Notes under the pieces: generated by a model | The model's input: the letters and a program-made list of their open reading frames with translations, nothing else | What the model was told of the DNA's origin: nothing | Database searches by the model: none | Virus genome (UHGV): UHGV-0327568 | Reading direction: 5' to 3' (one strand) | Source: a virus | DNA length: 47,422 nucleotides | Shown here: in pieces, positions 18,336 to 27,215 of the stretch | Numbering within the stretch: the first letter of the stretch is position 1 | How the letters are laid out: each line of letters opens with the position of its first letter | Program-made: the position numbers and the translations under genes

Positions 18336-18702
18336 GTTAATTCTAATCGCCATAGGCGTCGCGGTAATCATTGCTGCATCTGGTTATGGCGCTGGATACA
18401 TGAAGGGATGGTATGCGCACAGCGAAAAAGTTAATCGTGACGCAGAAAAGCGCAGGCAGGAGGTGCAAAGCAAGCGGGCTAAGTCCACGGCGCAATCTCA
18501 GCAAGTGCGCGTTGTGACTGAAACCAAATACAAAACCATTTACCGTGACGTGGTGAAATATGTCTCCGACCCGAATCGTAATGTGTGTGTTTTTGATGAC
18601 AACTATCAGCGGTTGCGCCAACAATCCCTCGACGCCGACGCCTCCATCGGCAGAGATGCTGGGTCAGGTGTGCGAATTGTCGAAAGTGGCGCCAAAAAAT
18701 AG
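18322..18702 (+). CDS. i-spanin (Rz-like)
   Basis: N-terminal TMD LILIAIGVAVIIAASGYGAGY followed by a charged coiled-coil region. Confidence 0.6.
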   Translation: MTRIKLILIAIGVAVIIAASGYGAGYMKGWYAHSEKVNRDAEKRRQEVQSKRAKSTAQSQQVRVVTETKYKTIYRDVVKYVSDPNRNVCVFDDNYQRLRQQSLDADASIGRDAGSGVRIVESGAKK

Positions 18703-18805
18703 CGACGAAAGTATCGTTATGGAGAACCAGAACACGGAGTGCGCCACAAAAAGAAAGATGACGATTTACGACTGGCAGGATTGGTATCGCGATAACTTCC
18801 AATAA
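18560..18805 (+). CDS. o-spanin (Rz1-like lipoprotein), overlapped with the i-spanin in another frame
   Basis: Lipobox LMTTISGC, Pro-rich mature part. Begins inside the i-spanin gene and extends beyond its stop. Confidence 0.55.
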   Translation: MSPTRIVMCVFLMTTISGCANNPSTPTPPSAEMLGQVCELSKVAPKNSDESIVMENQNTECATKRKMTIYDWQDWYRDNFQ

Positions 18806-18832
18806 AAAAGCCCCGTAAGGGGCTTTGTTTTA
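18805..18832. terminator. Bidirectional rho-independent terminator
   Basis: AAAGCCCC-gtaa-GGGGCTTT flanked by A-run and T-run. Confidence 0.65.
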
Positions 18833-18851
18833 GAAAATGCCAAGGTCAATC

Positions 18852-19067
18852 TCACGCATAAAGCGCCTCCATTTTGTACCCAAACATGGTCGCATTCTGA
18901 TGCTCAACACTACCAGCAAACGCCAGATAGCGGCGACCACGGTTGCTGGTGATGATGTAGGCTGCTGGTTCTCCAAGCCTCGGGACATGATAATCGCGCC
19001 GGGCAGGTTCGTGTAACTCCACCATGTCGATTTCAATGCGTGGCACGGGGTCTTGTATTGGCATCAC
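18852..19067 (-). CDS. Hypothetical protein
   Basis: 71-aa ORF. ATGA overlap with the upstream gene. Confidence 0.4.
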   Translation of the reverse strand: MMPIQDPVPRIEIDMVELHEPARRDYHVPRLGEPAAYIITSNRGRRYLAFAGSVEHQNATMFGYKMEALYA

Positions 19068-19537
19068 TTCACCTCCCCATTCAGTTCATTAACAATTAAT
19101 GTTGCATAGCCAGCGATGTCTTTCCAGCTATCGTCGTATGTCGGGTCGCCATTCAGGATGCGACCAATTTTATGCTGAATCATGTCGAGCGCTTCCTTCT
19201 GGCTCGCCGTCAGGTTATTCCAGCCCTCCGCGTCATGCATAACTCGTTTCAGAGATCGCATGATTTCTGCGCCGTCTTTGAATTTGCCATAACGGCTGCC
19301 GCGCTCGGTGATGAGGGCTTCTGTTGAGATGATGCGCCAATTCAAGTCACCATCAGTTACTGGCTCACGATGGGCGATAACAATATCGCCAGCCTTTTCG
19401 ATATCCTTATCTCGCCCTGCATAATCCGCGCTGAGGTAGTGGATTTTGCCACTGGTTGCTGACTTCACAGCAAGAACGGCATCTTCATGACCATTAAAAT
19501 AATCAGCACTTCCTTTCAGGTATTTGTATTTCATCAC
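19064..19537 (-). CDS. Putative MazG-like nucleotide pyrophosphohydrolase-domain protein
   Basis: C-terminal ERGSRYGKF...LTASQKEALDMIQHKIGRILNGDPTYDDSWKDIAGYATL resembles MazG-like NTP-PPase modules in phages. Assignment is from memory. Confidence 0.4.
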   Translation of the reverse strand: MMKYKYLKGSADYFNGHEDAVLAVKSATSGKIHYLSADYAGRDKDIEKAGDIVIAHREPVTDGDLNWRIISTEALITERGSRYGKFKDGAEIMRSLKRVMHDAEGWNNLTASQKEALDMIQHKIGRILNGDPTYDDSWKDIAGYATLIVNELNGEVK

Positions 19538-19734
19538 TCCACCCTAAACGTAACTTTGTTTTTCTCATCCACGCTGAAGTGCTCACGCACAAACGCATAC
19601 ATTTCTTCAGCACTCCATTCACGCATTGCTACATAGCAGTGCGCGTAATATCTGACATCTCGCAGGCTTAACGGCTGGCGCTTAGCGATAATATCAGTCA
19701 GTACTTCCAGTGGTTCTTTGCGTTGTCTCGCCAT
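19534..19734 (-). CDS. Hypothetical protein
   Basis: 66 aa; first gene of the leftward cassette. Confidence 0.45.
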   Translation of the reverse strand: MARQRKEPLEVLTDIIAKRQPLSLRDVRYYAHCYVAMREWSAEEMYAFVREHFSVDEKNKVTFRVE

Positions 19735-19763
19735 TGTCGCTCTCCTGTGAAATCATCTTGACT

Positions 19764-19775
19764 AATCTACGTCAA
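19764..19775 (+). repeat. Conserved element copy 4: AATCTACGTCAA, embedded in a 9-bp inverted repeat
   Basis: TTGACTAAT(19758-19766)-ctacgtca-ATTAGTCAA(19775-19783) flanks the element. Confidence 0.7.
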
Positions 19776-19829
19776 TTAGTCAATACTAGGTGTTGTAGAT
19801 TATAACATCTTAATGCGAGTGATGTGGAT

Positions 19830-20345
19830 ATGAACTTTATTGACTTGTTTGTTTACGAAAACGGCAAGCTTTACTGGAAGGTTAAGCCGTCAAACAACGT
19901 AAAGGCTGGCGCAAGGATTGGGTGCCTGGAGCCAACGACAGGTTATCGAAAGGTAAAAGTAAAATACACCCAGACATATGAGCACAGGATTGTTTGGGAG
20001 CTATTTAACGGACCAATACCGGAAGACATGGAAATTGATCACATCAACCACATCAGAGATGACAACCGAATAGAGAATCTCAGGCTTGTTAACAGGAGAG
20101 AAAACACGAGAAACAGTTCAATCAGGAGCGACAACACCAGTGGTGTTGTTGGTGTTTGTTTTGATAAAAAGCGCGGCAAGTGGTACGCGCAAATAGTCTT
20201 AAACGGAACAAGGCTGCACTTAGGTCGCTTTTCAGAAAAGAGCGAAGCAATAAAGGCCAGACTTGAAGCTGAAATGAAATATGGTTTCCATGAAAACCAT
20301 GGAATCAATAGGCCAAAAAGAATGATAAAAGGTGGTGTGGAATGA
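19830..20345 (+). CDS. HNH homing endonuclease with AP2 domain
   Basis: IDHINHIRDDNRIENLR plus NTSGVVGVCFDKKRGKWYAQIVLNGTRLHLGRFSEKSEA. Start ATG 19830. The ORF track begins at GTG 19824. Confidence 0.8.
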   Translation: MNFIDLFVYENGKLYWKVKPSNNVKAGARIGCLEPTTGYRKVKVKYTQTYEHRIVWELFNGPIPEDMEIDHINHIRDDNRIENLRLVNRRENTRNSSIRSDNTSGVVGVCFDKKRGKWYAQIVLNGTRLHLGRFSEKSEAIKARLEAEMKYGFHENHGINRPKRMIKGGVE

Positions 20346-20557
20346 AAAAGTGGCAGGAGGTGACAGAAGTTCATAAGCGCGATTGCAGGGAGACTCTGCA
20401 AATGCTTAATGTGCCAGAGTCAATCATTAAATCTATCGAGCAGCGCATTGATCTGGCTGCTATGGAGGCCGCCCATGAAGCCGAGGAAGCGCAAATGTTG
20501 TCATGGATGGACAGAACTCTACCGGGCGTTTTACATCGTGGTAAGACTACCGATTGA
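20342..20557 (+). CDS. Hypothetical protein
   Basis: 71 aa; ATGA overlap with the HNH gene. Confidence 0.45.
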   Translation: MKKWQEVTEVHKRDCRETLQMLNVPESIIKSIEQRIDLAAMEAAHEAEEAQMLSWMDRTLPGVLHRGKTTD

Positions 20558-20640
20558 AGATGATGACGGGTATCTGCACAACCATAGTCAGGTGCTCAAA
20601 TATTATGGCGTTCACTACAAAGTGCTGATGGAGAGAAAAA

Positions 20641-20832
20641 ATGAATACTGATCAGGTGTACGAAAAAGAGTTGTTGAACAAGCTGGAGGAACTCGACCGT
20701 ACTCGCGCCTGGGTTGAAAGCGAATTGCGCGAAGTTCGCAACCGCATGCAGCGGCAGGTTAACCGCGAAATTATCGAATGGCGCGAAGGGCGCCCGCATT
20801 TCAGCAATATTGGTGAATGGGTGGCGAAATGA
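20641..20832 (+). CDS. Hypothetical protein
   Basis: 63 aa; GGAGAG RBS. Confidence 0.5.
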   Translation: MNTDQVYEKELLNKLEELDRTRAWVESELREVRNRMQRQVNREIIEWREGRPHFSNIGEWVAK

Positions 20833-21065
20833 AACCAATGATGAATGATGACGGGCTGCTTGAGTGCGCCCACTGCGGATCAATGGATGTCAGAGTTGAA
20901 ACTGATGATGGGTGGCGATACATTGAATGCGGCGAATGTGAAATGCGAACGGCAGAATATCGCAATGACGAATCCATGCGCAGGAGATGGAATACCAGAA
21001 ATGGCCACCTCTATACCGCTGACGACTACAAACAGGATGCAATGGAGCGCGCAAATGGACTTTAA
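20829..21065 (+). CDS. Lar-family restriction-alleviation-like zinc-finger protein
   Basis: LLECAHCGS...WRYIECGECEMRTAEY...RRRWNTR matches the Lar family pattern C.HCG...W.V.C..C. ATGA coupling to the upstream gene. Confidence 0.5.
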   Translation: MKPMMNDDGLLECAHCGSMDVRVETDDGWRYIECGECEMRTAEYRNDESMRRRWNTRNGHLYTADDYKQDAMERANGL

Positions 21066-21525
21066 AACGCAAATACTCACGGTGATAGAGCGCTGTGGTG
21101 GCGCAACCAATGCCATGATACGCAAGCAGACTGGCATGACAAACCGAGCCAGCGTTACAGGTTATCTGATTGAGCTGGAGGGTATGGGATTTATTATTAA
21201 AGAGGAAAGCGTCAGCTATGGCAGGCGCTGCTTTAAGTATTTCCTCAATCCCGATAATACCGCGCTCGATTTGGCAATTCAGACTTACCTTGAGGCGAAT
21301 CCGGGACGCAAGAGCAAGCAGATAGCGGAGGCTGTCGGCGTCAACTACACCATTCTCAAGGCACGCATGCGCTATCTGGCAAGCATTGGTCAGGTTGACC
21401 GTGAAATGCTTCCCGGCGGAGCGTGGAAATATTACTGGCAGGAGGTCATTCCGTTTGGCATGAACCGTGACAGGATGATGTTTGAAAAGCTGCTTGCCGG
21501 GGCGCGTCAGTCATGTGGGCGGTAA
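21055..21525 (+). CDS. Putative winged-helix DNA-binding protein (two wHTH-like repeats)
   Basis: Start trimmed to ATG 21055, just before the Lar stop. TVIERCGGATNAMIRKQTGMTNRASVTGYLIELEGMGFI and a second similar segment. Confidence 0.45.
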   Translation: MDFKTQILTVIERCGGATNAMIRKQTGMTNRASVTGYLIELEGMGFIIKEESVSYGRRCFKYFLNPDNTALDLAIQTYLEANPGRKSKQIAEAVGVNYTILKARMRYLASIGQVDREMLPGGAWKYYWQEVIPFGMNRDRMMFEKLLAGARQSCGR

Positions 21526-21803
21526 AGCATAAATCAGGAACCGTGCTGTTTGTCACCAACTGTGAACGCACGGCCAATAATCGCAGAGAGATGGGGTGGA
21601 TAGTGGAGGAAGTGGATGTGAGCAAACCAAAAAGCGCATTAATTAAAATTACATGGCATGACGACACGGTTAGCCAGTGGCATGCAGATTCATTCAGAGA
21701 GGGTGAGCACTCCATTGAAATGAATATTGGTGGATGCATTGTTTGCATCCCCTGGAGGTTATACAAAGATGGCGAAGTTAAACATTTGGATGTGGAGTCG
21801 TAA
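21513..21803 (+). CDS. Hypothetical protein
   Basis: 96 aa; overlaps the upstream gene end. Confidence 0.5.
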   Translation: MWAVKHKSGTVLFVTNCERTANNRREMGWIVEEVDVSKPKSALIKITWHDDTVSQWHADSFREGEHSIEMNIGGCIVCIPWRLYKDGEVKHLDVES

Positions 21804-22148
21804 ATGAAACTACAACTTAGCGAAATAATGGAAGCAACAGTCAGTGAACTGGAGGATATCGACATGACGCTTGCCTTTGAGATTGAGGCTATTGAGCGCC
21901 AGCTTTCCGGGAATCATGATGCGGGCAGAGTATGGAAGGAGAAGGCAATGAAAGCGCGCGACCATATGAAGCGCACCCGCGCGCTGGTTCGCACTCGCCT
22001 TGATAAGCTCTACTACGGCGAAGAAAGAATGTTGCACGGCGCCATTCTGGCTGAAATCCGCAAAACGATGCCTATCGGTAAGTTCATGGATGCCGTAAAC
22101 CGCGCAAAAATTAACTGCGGAATGTTAAATAAGAATAGTCCTCAATAA
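21804..22148 (+). CDS. Hypothetical protein
   Basis: 114 aa. Confidence 0.5.
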   Translation: MKLQLSEIMEATVSELEDIDMTLAFEIEAIERQLSGNHDAGRVWKEKAMKARDHMKRTRALVRTRLDKLYYGEERMLHGAILAEIRKTMPIGKFMDAVNRAKINCGMLNKNSPQ

Positions 22149-22291
22149 ATTCTTTTCCGTGGCTGTTACCTTGCACTCAGGAGGTAGCAGCCATGCCAAT
22201 CATACTGATATCATTCTTTGCTACTCTTTTCGCTTTTACCGCGTCTCCGCTTTACCTTCTCGCGTCCGTTTCGTGGTGCATATTCATGGTG

Positions 22292-22300
22292 TGTTATAAT
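22292..22300 (+). promoter_or_regulatory. Extended -10 (TGtTATAAT) upstream of the head genes
   Basis: GTGTTATAAT lies 30 nt upstream of the 22331 start (RBS GGAGAAAGG). Confidence 0.35.
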
Positions 22301-22330
22301 CCGGGCATAAAGTAAGCGCGGAGAAAGGTC

Positions 22331-23731
22331 ATGATTGTCAAAATTGGCGACAAGTGGGTCGTTAAATCCAAGGATGGCTCGCACCAGTTTGGCGAGTACG
22401 ATACCGAAGAGGCGGCTAAAAAGCGCCTTGCTGAGGTGGAGGCATTCAAGCACATGAATAATAAATTACAGGTTAACATCCTGTATACCATCAATTCGGC
22501 CAGCAACATCAGTGAAAAAATCATTGATGGCGACCAGCACTACGTCATCAAGAATGTCGTGCCGGTGGTAGATGATATTGTCATGAATGGCGGTCTGTAC
22601 CCTGGCGATGAGATTAAAAAATCATTCCATGGGCTTGACGGGAAACCAGCGCCGTATGACCACCCGAAGATTGACGGTAAATATGTGTCGGCCAACATGA
22701 CGCGAGCGGCCAATCAGTTCAGTGTTGGTGCATGGATTGAGAACTCATCTCATGACGGCAGCAAGGCGCTGGTAGACCTTTATATTAACAAGGTGGTAGC
22801 TGAGCGATCTGATAAAGGCAGGGAGTTACTATCGCGTATTGATGGCCTCAAAATTAACAGCGCCGATGCTGAACCTGTTCAGGTGTCTACCGGTCTGTTA
22901 CTCAACCGCGAGCAGGCATCAGGAACCTCTAAGGGTAAAAAATATTCCTGGATTGCCCGAAATATGGAGTGGGACCACCTCGCCATTCTTCCTCCAGGGG
23001 TCCCAGGGGCTGGAACACCAGAAGATGGTGTTGGCATTTTTGCCACCAATGGCGAAGACATTGAGCGCGTCGTGGTTAACCTTGAGGAATCGGCTATTCC
23101 AGACGAAAGTGCAAACAAAATCAAATGGTGGCAGCGCGCCATCAATCGCCTGACTGGCAATCAACTGTCATTCACCGATATTACCGAGCAGCTCCGCAAT
23201 ATCATCAAGGCCGAGATGCCAGCCGACTCGTGGCCTTACATCGTCGCCGTTTATGATAATTACTTCGGCGTTGAGATTGACGGCACCATTTATATGCAGT
23301 CCTACATCGTCCGTGAGGATATGGTAGAATTAGTCGGTGAACGGGTTAAGGCTGTTTATAAGACAGAGCTTGAACCGGTAAAAACAACTCAAGGGGAAAT
23401 CTCAATGACTAACGAGGAATTACAGGCTGTATTAGCCGATGCCCTCAAACCGGTTCAGGAATCGTTGACCGCAGTCAACCAGAAACTGGCCGATGTGGAG
23501 GCGCAAAACAAAACCCTACGCGACCAGCTGCAAGCCAATGCTGCGCAAGAAGAGACCGCAATGCGCACCGCCATTATGGCTGAGCTGAAGTTGCCGGAAT
23601 CTGCTGTTAATGCGCTGACTGGCGAAGCACTGCGTGAAACCTATGCACTCACCAGTAAAGCGGCTCCGATTTCCGGCGGGTTCCAGCCGAACCGCGCCGA
23701 AGAAGATTTTGATATGGAGGCACCTGAATAA
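22331..23731 (+). CDS. Putative head scaffolding/maturation protein (DUF2213-like N-terminus, coiled-coil C-terminus)
   Basis: 466 aa immediately upstream of the capsid genes. The C-terminal half is alpha-helical and Q/A/E-rich. Confidence 0.45.
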   Translation: MIVKIGDKWVVKSKDGSHQFGEYDTEEAAKKRLAEVEAFKHMNNKLQVNILYTINSASNISEKIIDGDQHYVIKNVVPVVDDIVMNGGLYPGDEIKKSFHGLDGKPAPYDHPKIDGKYVSANMTRAANQFSVGAWIENSSHDGSKALVDLYINKVVAERSDKGRELLSRIDGLKINSADAEPVQVSTGLLLNREQASGTSKGKKYSWIARNMEWDHLAILPPGVPGAGTPEDGVGIFATNGEDIERVVVNLEESAIPDESANKIKWWQRAINRLTGNQLSFTDITEQLRNIIKAEMPADSWPYIVAVYDNYFGVEIDGTIYMQSYIVREDMVELVGERVKAVYKTELEPVKTTQGEISMTNEELQAVLADALKPVQESLTAVNQKLADVEAQNKTLRDQLQANAAQEETAMRTAIMAELKLPESAVNALTGEALRETYALTSKAAPISGGFQPNRAEEDFDMEAPE

Positions 23732-24198
23732 TGGCTACTATCCGTTATGGCACCATCATCGGCGGCCCGGCCCGCAAAAATGACCCGCAGATTCGTGAAG
23801 GCATCATGAAGGCAGCGTTGAAGCCGGGCGCACTGGTTGACTTCAATACTGCCGATGACAAAATCATCGCACACGCTACCGCTGGTGGTCAGGGTTTCCC
23901 TTATGTGCTCCAGCATAACTACCTCGGTGGTGGTGATGTATCTGAAGATGTTCCCGCTGACGCTACTGGCATGGCTGTGCAGTGTGAATTTGGCGTCACC
24001 TATCACGCACTGGTTGCTAAATCTTCCGAACTGAAGAAAGGCACTCCGCTGGCAAGTGATGGCTCCGGCGCGTTAAAGGTTGCAGAAGCAGGTGAAAATA
24101 TCCTGTTTTATGCGTATGAAGCCTACACCGTAGCATCTGATGGCGATGAACTCGTTGCAGTTCGTCGCGCTGGCAATGCTGCAATGCCTGCGGCGTAA
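23731..24198 (+). CDS. Putative head structural/decoration protein
   Basis: 155 aa, Gly/Ala-rich, between scaffold and major capsid. Confidence 0.4.
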   Translation: MATIRYGTIIGGPARKNDPQIREGIMKAALKPGALVDFNTADDKIIAHATAGGQGFPYVLQHNYLGGGDVSEDVPADATGMAVQCEFGVTYHALVAKSSELKKGTPLASDGSGALKVAEAGENILFYAYEAYTVASDGDELVAVRRAGNAAMPAA

Positions 24199-24209
24199 GG
24201 AGCCGAACA

Positions 24210-25298
24210 ATGGAAAAGATTATCTTTACGAAAGGCTTAATCACCAACTCGCAGGTGGTTAAAGAGCAATGGCGCCACCTGACTGTTGACCGCAAGGTTT
24301 TCATCAATGGTGAAAACGCTCTGGCGAAAGAGTACGGCGTAAACGCCACCGCACTGGTAACGAAAGACTACTGGCGCGAAGTGGACGACGTGACCACCCG
24401 TGTATTCCGCAACGAGTCCGGCATGGACATGATGGCCGACCTGATGACGCTAGCGACCAACATCAATATCGGTAAGACCGTAGCGATCAGCCGCATGGCC
24501 TCCGATGCTGGCAAGGTTGTGCGCACCATCTCCGGTCAGGAGCCTGAAGACCTGGATAAAACCCGCTATTCCTACAGTGGCGATGTAATTCCGATCTTCA
24601 AAACCGGTTATGGCCGAGAGTGGCGCGAGCTGATGGGTATGCAGTCCGAAGGTTTCGACCCTCTGATTGATGACCAGGAAAGCACCACCTTCAACCTGCG
24701 CGCAGACATGGCGGATTATCTGCTGGTCGGCGATGCAAGCCTGAACGTGAACGGCGTTTATACTGCCTACGGCATCACCAACCACCCGAACACCGTGCAG
24801 CTCAACCTAGGCCCCTCTGGCACTGGCGCGCTGAGCATCGACCTGCAAACGGCAACCCCTGATGAAATCGTTAAGTTCTTCAACCAGGATTTCCAGGCGG
24901 TTCTCGATGCGCAAAACGTGTTCGAGCCGGTTACTCTGTGGGTTTCTCCGTCTGTGCGTCGCTCATTCAGCCGCCCGTATTCCAACGCGGCAGGCTTCAA
25001 AGGCGGCACCATTGAGGATTATATCCTCGCATTCGGCAAAACCGGCAACGTTGGCCGCATCGCGTCTATCGGCACCAACTTCAAGCTGACCGGGAACCAT
25101 TTTGTCGGCTATGTGAAGAATGCGCTGTATATCCGCCCTCGCGTCGCTCAGCCGGTATCTACCTATGCAGAGCCGCGTACCACGCCTCACGCTAACTTTA
25201 ACTTTTTAACGTGGGCTGCTATGGGTTTGCAAATTCGCCGGGATTTCTCTGGCCGAAGCAAGGTGTTTAACGCATACGGCACGCAAACCGCGCTGTAA
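24210..25298 (+). CDS. Major capsid protein
   Basis: 362 aa. Position after the scaffold gene. Strong RBS and strong terminator suggest a highly expressed late gene. Confidence 0.65.
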   Translation: MEKIIFTKGLITNSQVVKEQWRHLTVDRKVFINGENALAKEYGVNATALVTKDYWREVDDVTTRVFRNESGMDMMADLMTLATNINIGKTVAISRMASDAGKVVRTISGQEPEDLDKTRYSYSGDVIPIFKTGYGREWRELMGMQSEGFDPLIDDQESTTFNLRADMADYLLVGDASLNVNGVYTAYGITNHPNTVQLNLGPSGTGALSIDLQTATPDEIVKFFNQDFQAVLDAQNVFEPVTLWVSPSVRRSFSRPYSNAAGFKGGTIEDYILAFGKTGNVGRIASIGTNFKLTGNHFVGYVKNALYIRPRVAQPVSTYAEPRTTPHANFNFLTWAAMGLQIRRDFSGRSKVFNAYGTQTAL

Positions 25299-25302
25299 AA
25301 AC

Positions 25303-25326
25303 AAAGGGGCGAAAGCCCCTTTTAAC
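25303..25326 (+). terminator. Rho-independent terminator
   Basis: AGGGGC-gaaa-GCCCCT followed by TTT. Confidence 0.6.
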
Positions 25327-25340
25327 TATAAGAGGTTATC

Positions 25341-25535
25341 ATGGCTAAATATGAAGTAATCGCCAGCGGAATCTTCGTCAAGGATAAAGATGGCCGTCTG
25401 CGCGAGCTTGCCATTGGCGACGTGATTGACGAATCGACTCCGCACATTGAGTCAAAACTTCGCCCGGTTAGTGAGAAAATTCTGGAAGTTGCAACTCCGC
25501 AAGAATCGCAGCCAAAGACGAAGAAAACCAAGTAA
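25341..25535 (+). CDS. Small hypothetical protein
   Basis: 64 aa with its own terminator. Confidence 0.45.
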   Translation: MAKYEVIASGIFVKDKDGRLRELAIGDVIDESTPHIESKLRPVSEKILEVATPQESQPKTKKTK

Positions 25536-25537
25536 AA

Positions 25538-25568
25538 TAAACCCGCAAACAAGCGGGTTTTTTATTGG
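25538..25568 (+). terminator. Rho-independent terminator
   Basis: AACCCGC-aaacaa-GCGGGTT followed by TTTTATT. Confidence 0.6.
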
Positions 25569-25576
25569 GGGTTATC

Positions 25577-26395
25577 ATGGCTGTCAGGTACGAAATAAAC
25601 ACAACTCCGGCTGACGGAGAAGTTTTGCTTAGCGAAACCATGTCAGCAGACTGGACTGCATTGCAGGTGCAGATTGTGCCATTAAATTCTTCCGGCGGTC
25701 ATGCACCATTAACAAGCGGCTCTGTTTCCGTAATGGTGTCTCCGTTCGCGTCTGGTGATTTCTGGATTGACGTTAACAATAATAATTATTATGGCGTGGC
25801 ATTGCGACTGAAAGTAATCAAGTCGCAGCTTCCTGCTGGCGTTGCATCCCTGAAAGTCCTGGTGTGGCGAGCTGATACCTCAGTGCCATCAAGTCAGGTT
25901 GTCGCGCAGTCCTACTCGGAGCTTGCCAATAAGCAGGGAAAGCTATTCACCGCATCGCGTCGCGTGACCGATGTTGCTGGCGGGGCCAACCTTGACAGCA
26001 TTTTTATTACCGGCTCAAAGCAGGTCGTGTTCAATCAGCGCATCATTGGCTACACCGGTAAGGGTGTCATAGCATCCATTTACCGTGGGGCTGTAGCCAC
26101 TGGCGGCACCGCTGCGGAGATTAACAACCCAAATGATGTTGCTCCCCATGCTGCAACGGCACAGCTTCTGACTGGCTCTACGGTTACAAGCATTGGGCAG
26201 CTGACGGTGGCCGCGACCTATAGTGAAGGGAACGCATCTAATCAGTGGCAGGGCAATTCACAGGCAAAACTCGGTGAACAGGTTATCATGGCGCCTAATA
26301 CTACCTACCTGTTACGCATTACATCCCTGGATACTGCGGCGCAAACTATCAATGCTTACGTTTCGTGGTTTGAGGATGACGCTTATCTTCCGTGA
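25577..26395 (+). CDS. Putative virion structural protein (beta-rich)
   Basis: Start ATG 25577 (GGGGG RBS). 273 aa, S/T/G/V-rich. Confidence 0.4.
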   Translation: MAVRYEINTTPADGEVLLSETMSADWTALQVQIVPLNSSGGHAPLTSGSVSVMVSPFASGDFWIDVNNNNYYGVALRLKVIKSQLPAGVASLKVLVWRADTSVPSSQVVAQSYSELANKQGKLFTASRRVTDVAGGANLDSIFITGSKQVVFNQRIIGYTGKGVIASIYRGAVATGGTAAEINNPNDVAPHAATAQLLTGSTVTSIGQLTVAATYSEGNASNQWQGNSQAKLGEQVIMAPNTTYLLRITSLDTAAQTINAYVSWFEDDAYLP

Positions 26396-26401
26396 TAAAA
26401 G

Positions 26402-26428
26402 AAAAGCCCCGACAGGGGCTTTGTTTAC
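26402..26428. terminator. Bidirectional rho-independent terminator
   Basis: AAAGCCCC-gaca-GGGGCTTT. Confidence 0.65.
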
Positions 26429-26679
26429 TTATGGTCGCGAAGTTGAATGAGATTATCAATCAGCCGCTGGATTGCGGCATTATCTTTAAATGCGATGTAA
26501 ATTTCAGACTCATCAGTATCATTAGTTTTATCGCCAGGAATGCCGCGATTTATGGTATTCGCAAAAGCTATTAACTTTTCTCCATTGCAATAGCCAAATT
26601 TAATGCCAACGTAACCATCGCCAAGACGGGCAACTTTTGAGCCATCTTTCTGAGTAAAAACACCATTCTTTTTCATCAC
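26425..26679 (-). CDS. Hypothetical protein
   Basis: 84 aa; last gene of the leftward cassette. Confidence 0.45.
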   Translation of the reverse strand: MMKKNGVFTQKDGSKVARLGDGYVGIKFGYCNGEKLIAFANTINRGIPGDKTNDTDESEIYIAFKDNAAIQRLIDNLIQLRDHK

Positions 26680-27215
26680 TAAATCCTCATTGGCATAACG
26701 ATAACTTTTGCAGTCTCGCCAGTAGGCGCACTGATGTTTGCGACGGCGGCGCTGGTGTTGCCATTCAACTCAAATAGCACCGCTTCAAATTTCGGGTTAA
26801 ACAACTTCGCCAGCTTCTCAACATCTTCCAGGTATTTGGCATTAAAGCCAATCTGTTCCGCTGGTGCGGTCTGCTTAGGAATGACGCGATCAATATCAGG
26901 GAATCGGCCATTAATCTCAGAGCAGATACCTGCGCCTACCATGATTTCATGCTCGTCATGGTAAGTAACAATACCTGTTTTGGTGTCCAGTAGCGCATGC
27001 GCATAACGCTTAGTTGGCGACTTGCTTACCGATACGATGACGTTACTTTTTATCTTGTTTTCGTGCTTACTGGCAATCATGGCGCGATGACCGTCAGTTG
27101 ACGCAATGCGACCATCAGGCATGAAGCAGATTCCGTTCAGGTAGTAGCGCACATCGTTGCGCGCCTGAAATATTAATGCTGATTCAAGTAATAGTTTGTT
27201 GATTTTTAGTTTCAT
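26679..27215 (-). CDS. Truncated DNA polymerase III beta sliding-clamp (DnaN) homolog
   Basis: 178 aa. NDVRYYLNGICF...ASTDGHRAMIA matches DnaN QDVRYYLNG...ATDGHRLAV. INGRFPDIDRVIPK matches DnaN LVDGRFPDYRRVLPK. C-terminal AKVIVMPMRI matches the DnaN C-terminus AAYVVMPMRL. Covers domain II and a shortened domain III only. Confidence 0.6.
   Translation of the reverse strand: MKLKINKLLLESALIFQARNDVRYYLNGICFMPDGRIASTDGHRAMIASKHENKIKSNVIVSVSKSPTKRYAHALLDTKTGIVTYHDEHEIMVGAGICSEINGRFPDIDRVIPKQTAPAEQIGFNAKYLEDVEKLAKLFNPKFEAVLFELNGNTSAAVANISAPTGETAKVIVMPMRI

Noticed and set aside
20845-21054. N-terminal extension of the 226-aa ORF (20845-21525)
   Set aside because: It would fully overlap the Lar-like gene in another frame. 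An internal ATG at 21055 just before the Lar stop gives a conventional coupled start.
22839-23164. Alternative-frame ORFs inside the scaffold-like gene
   Set aside because: Overlap a coherent 466-aa gene. No independent start signals.
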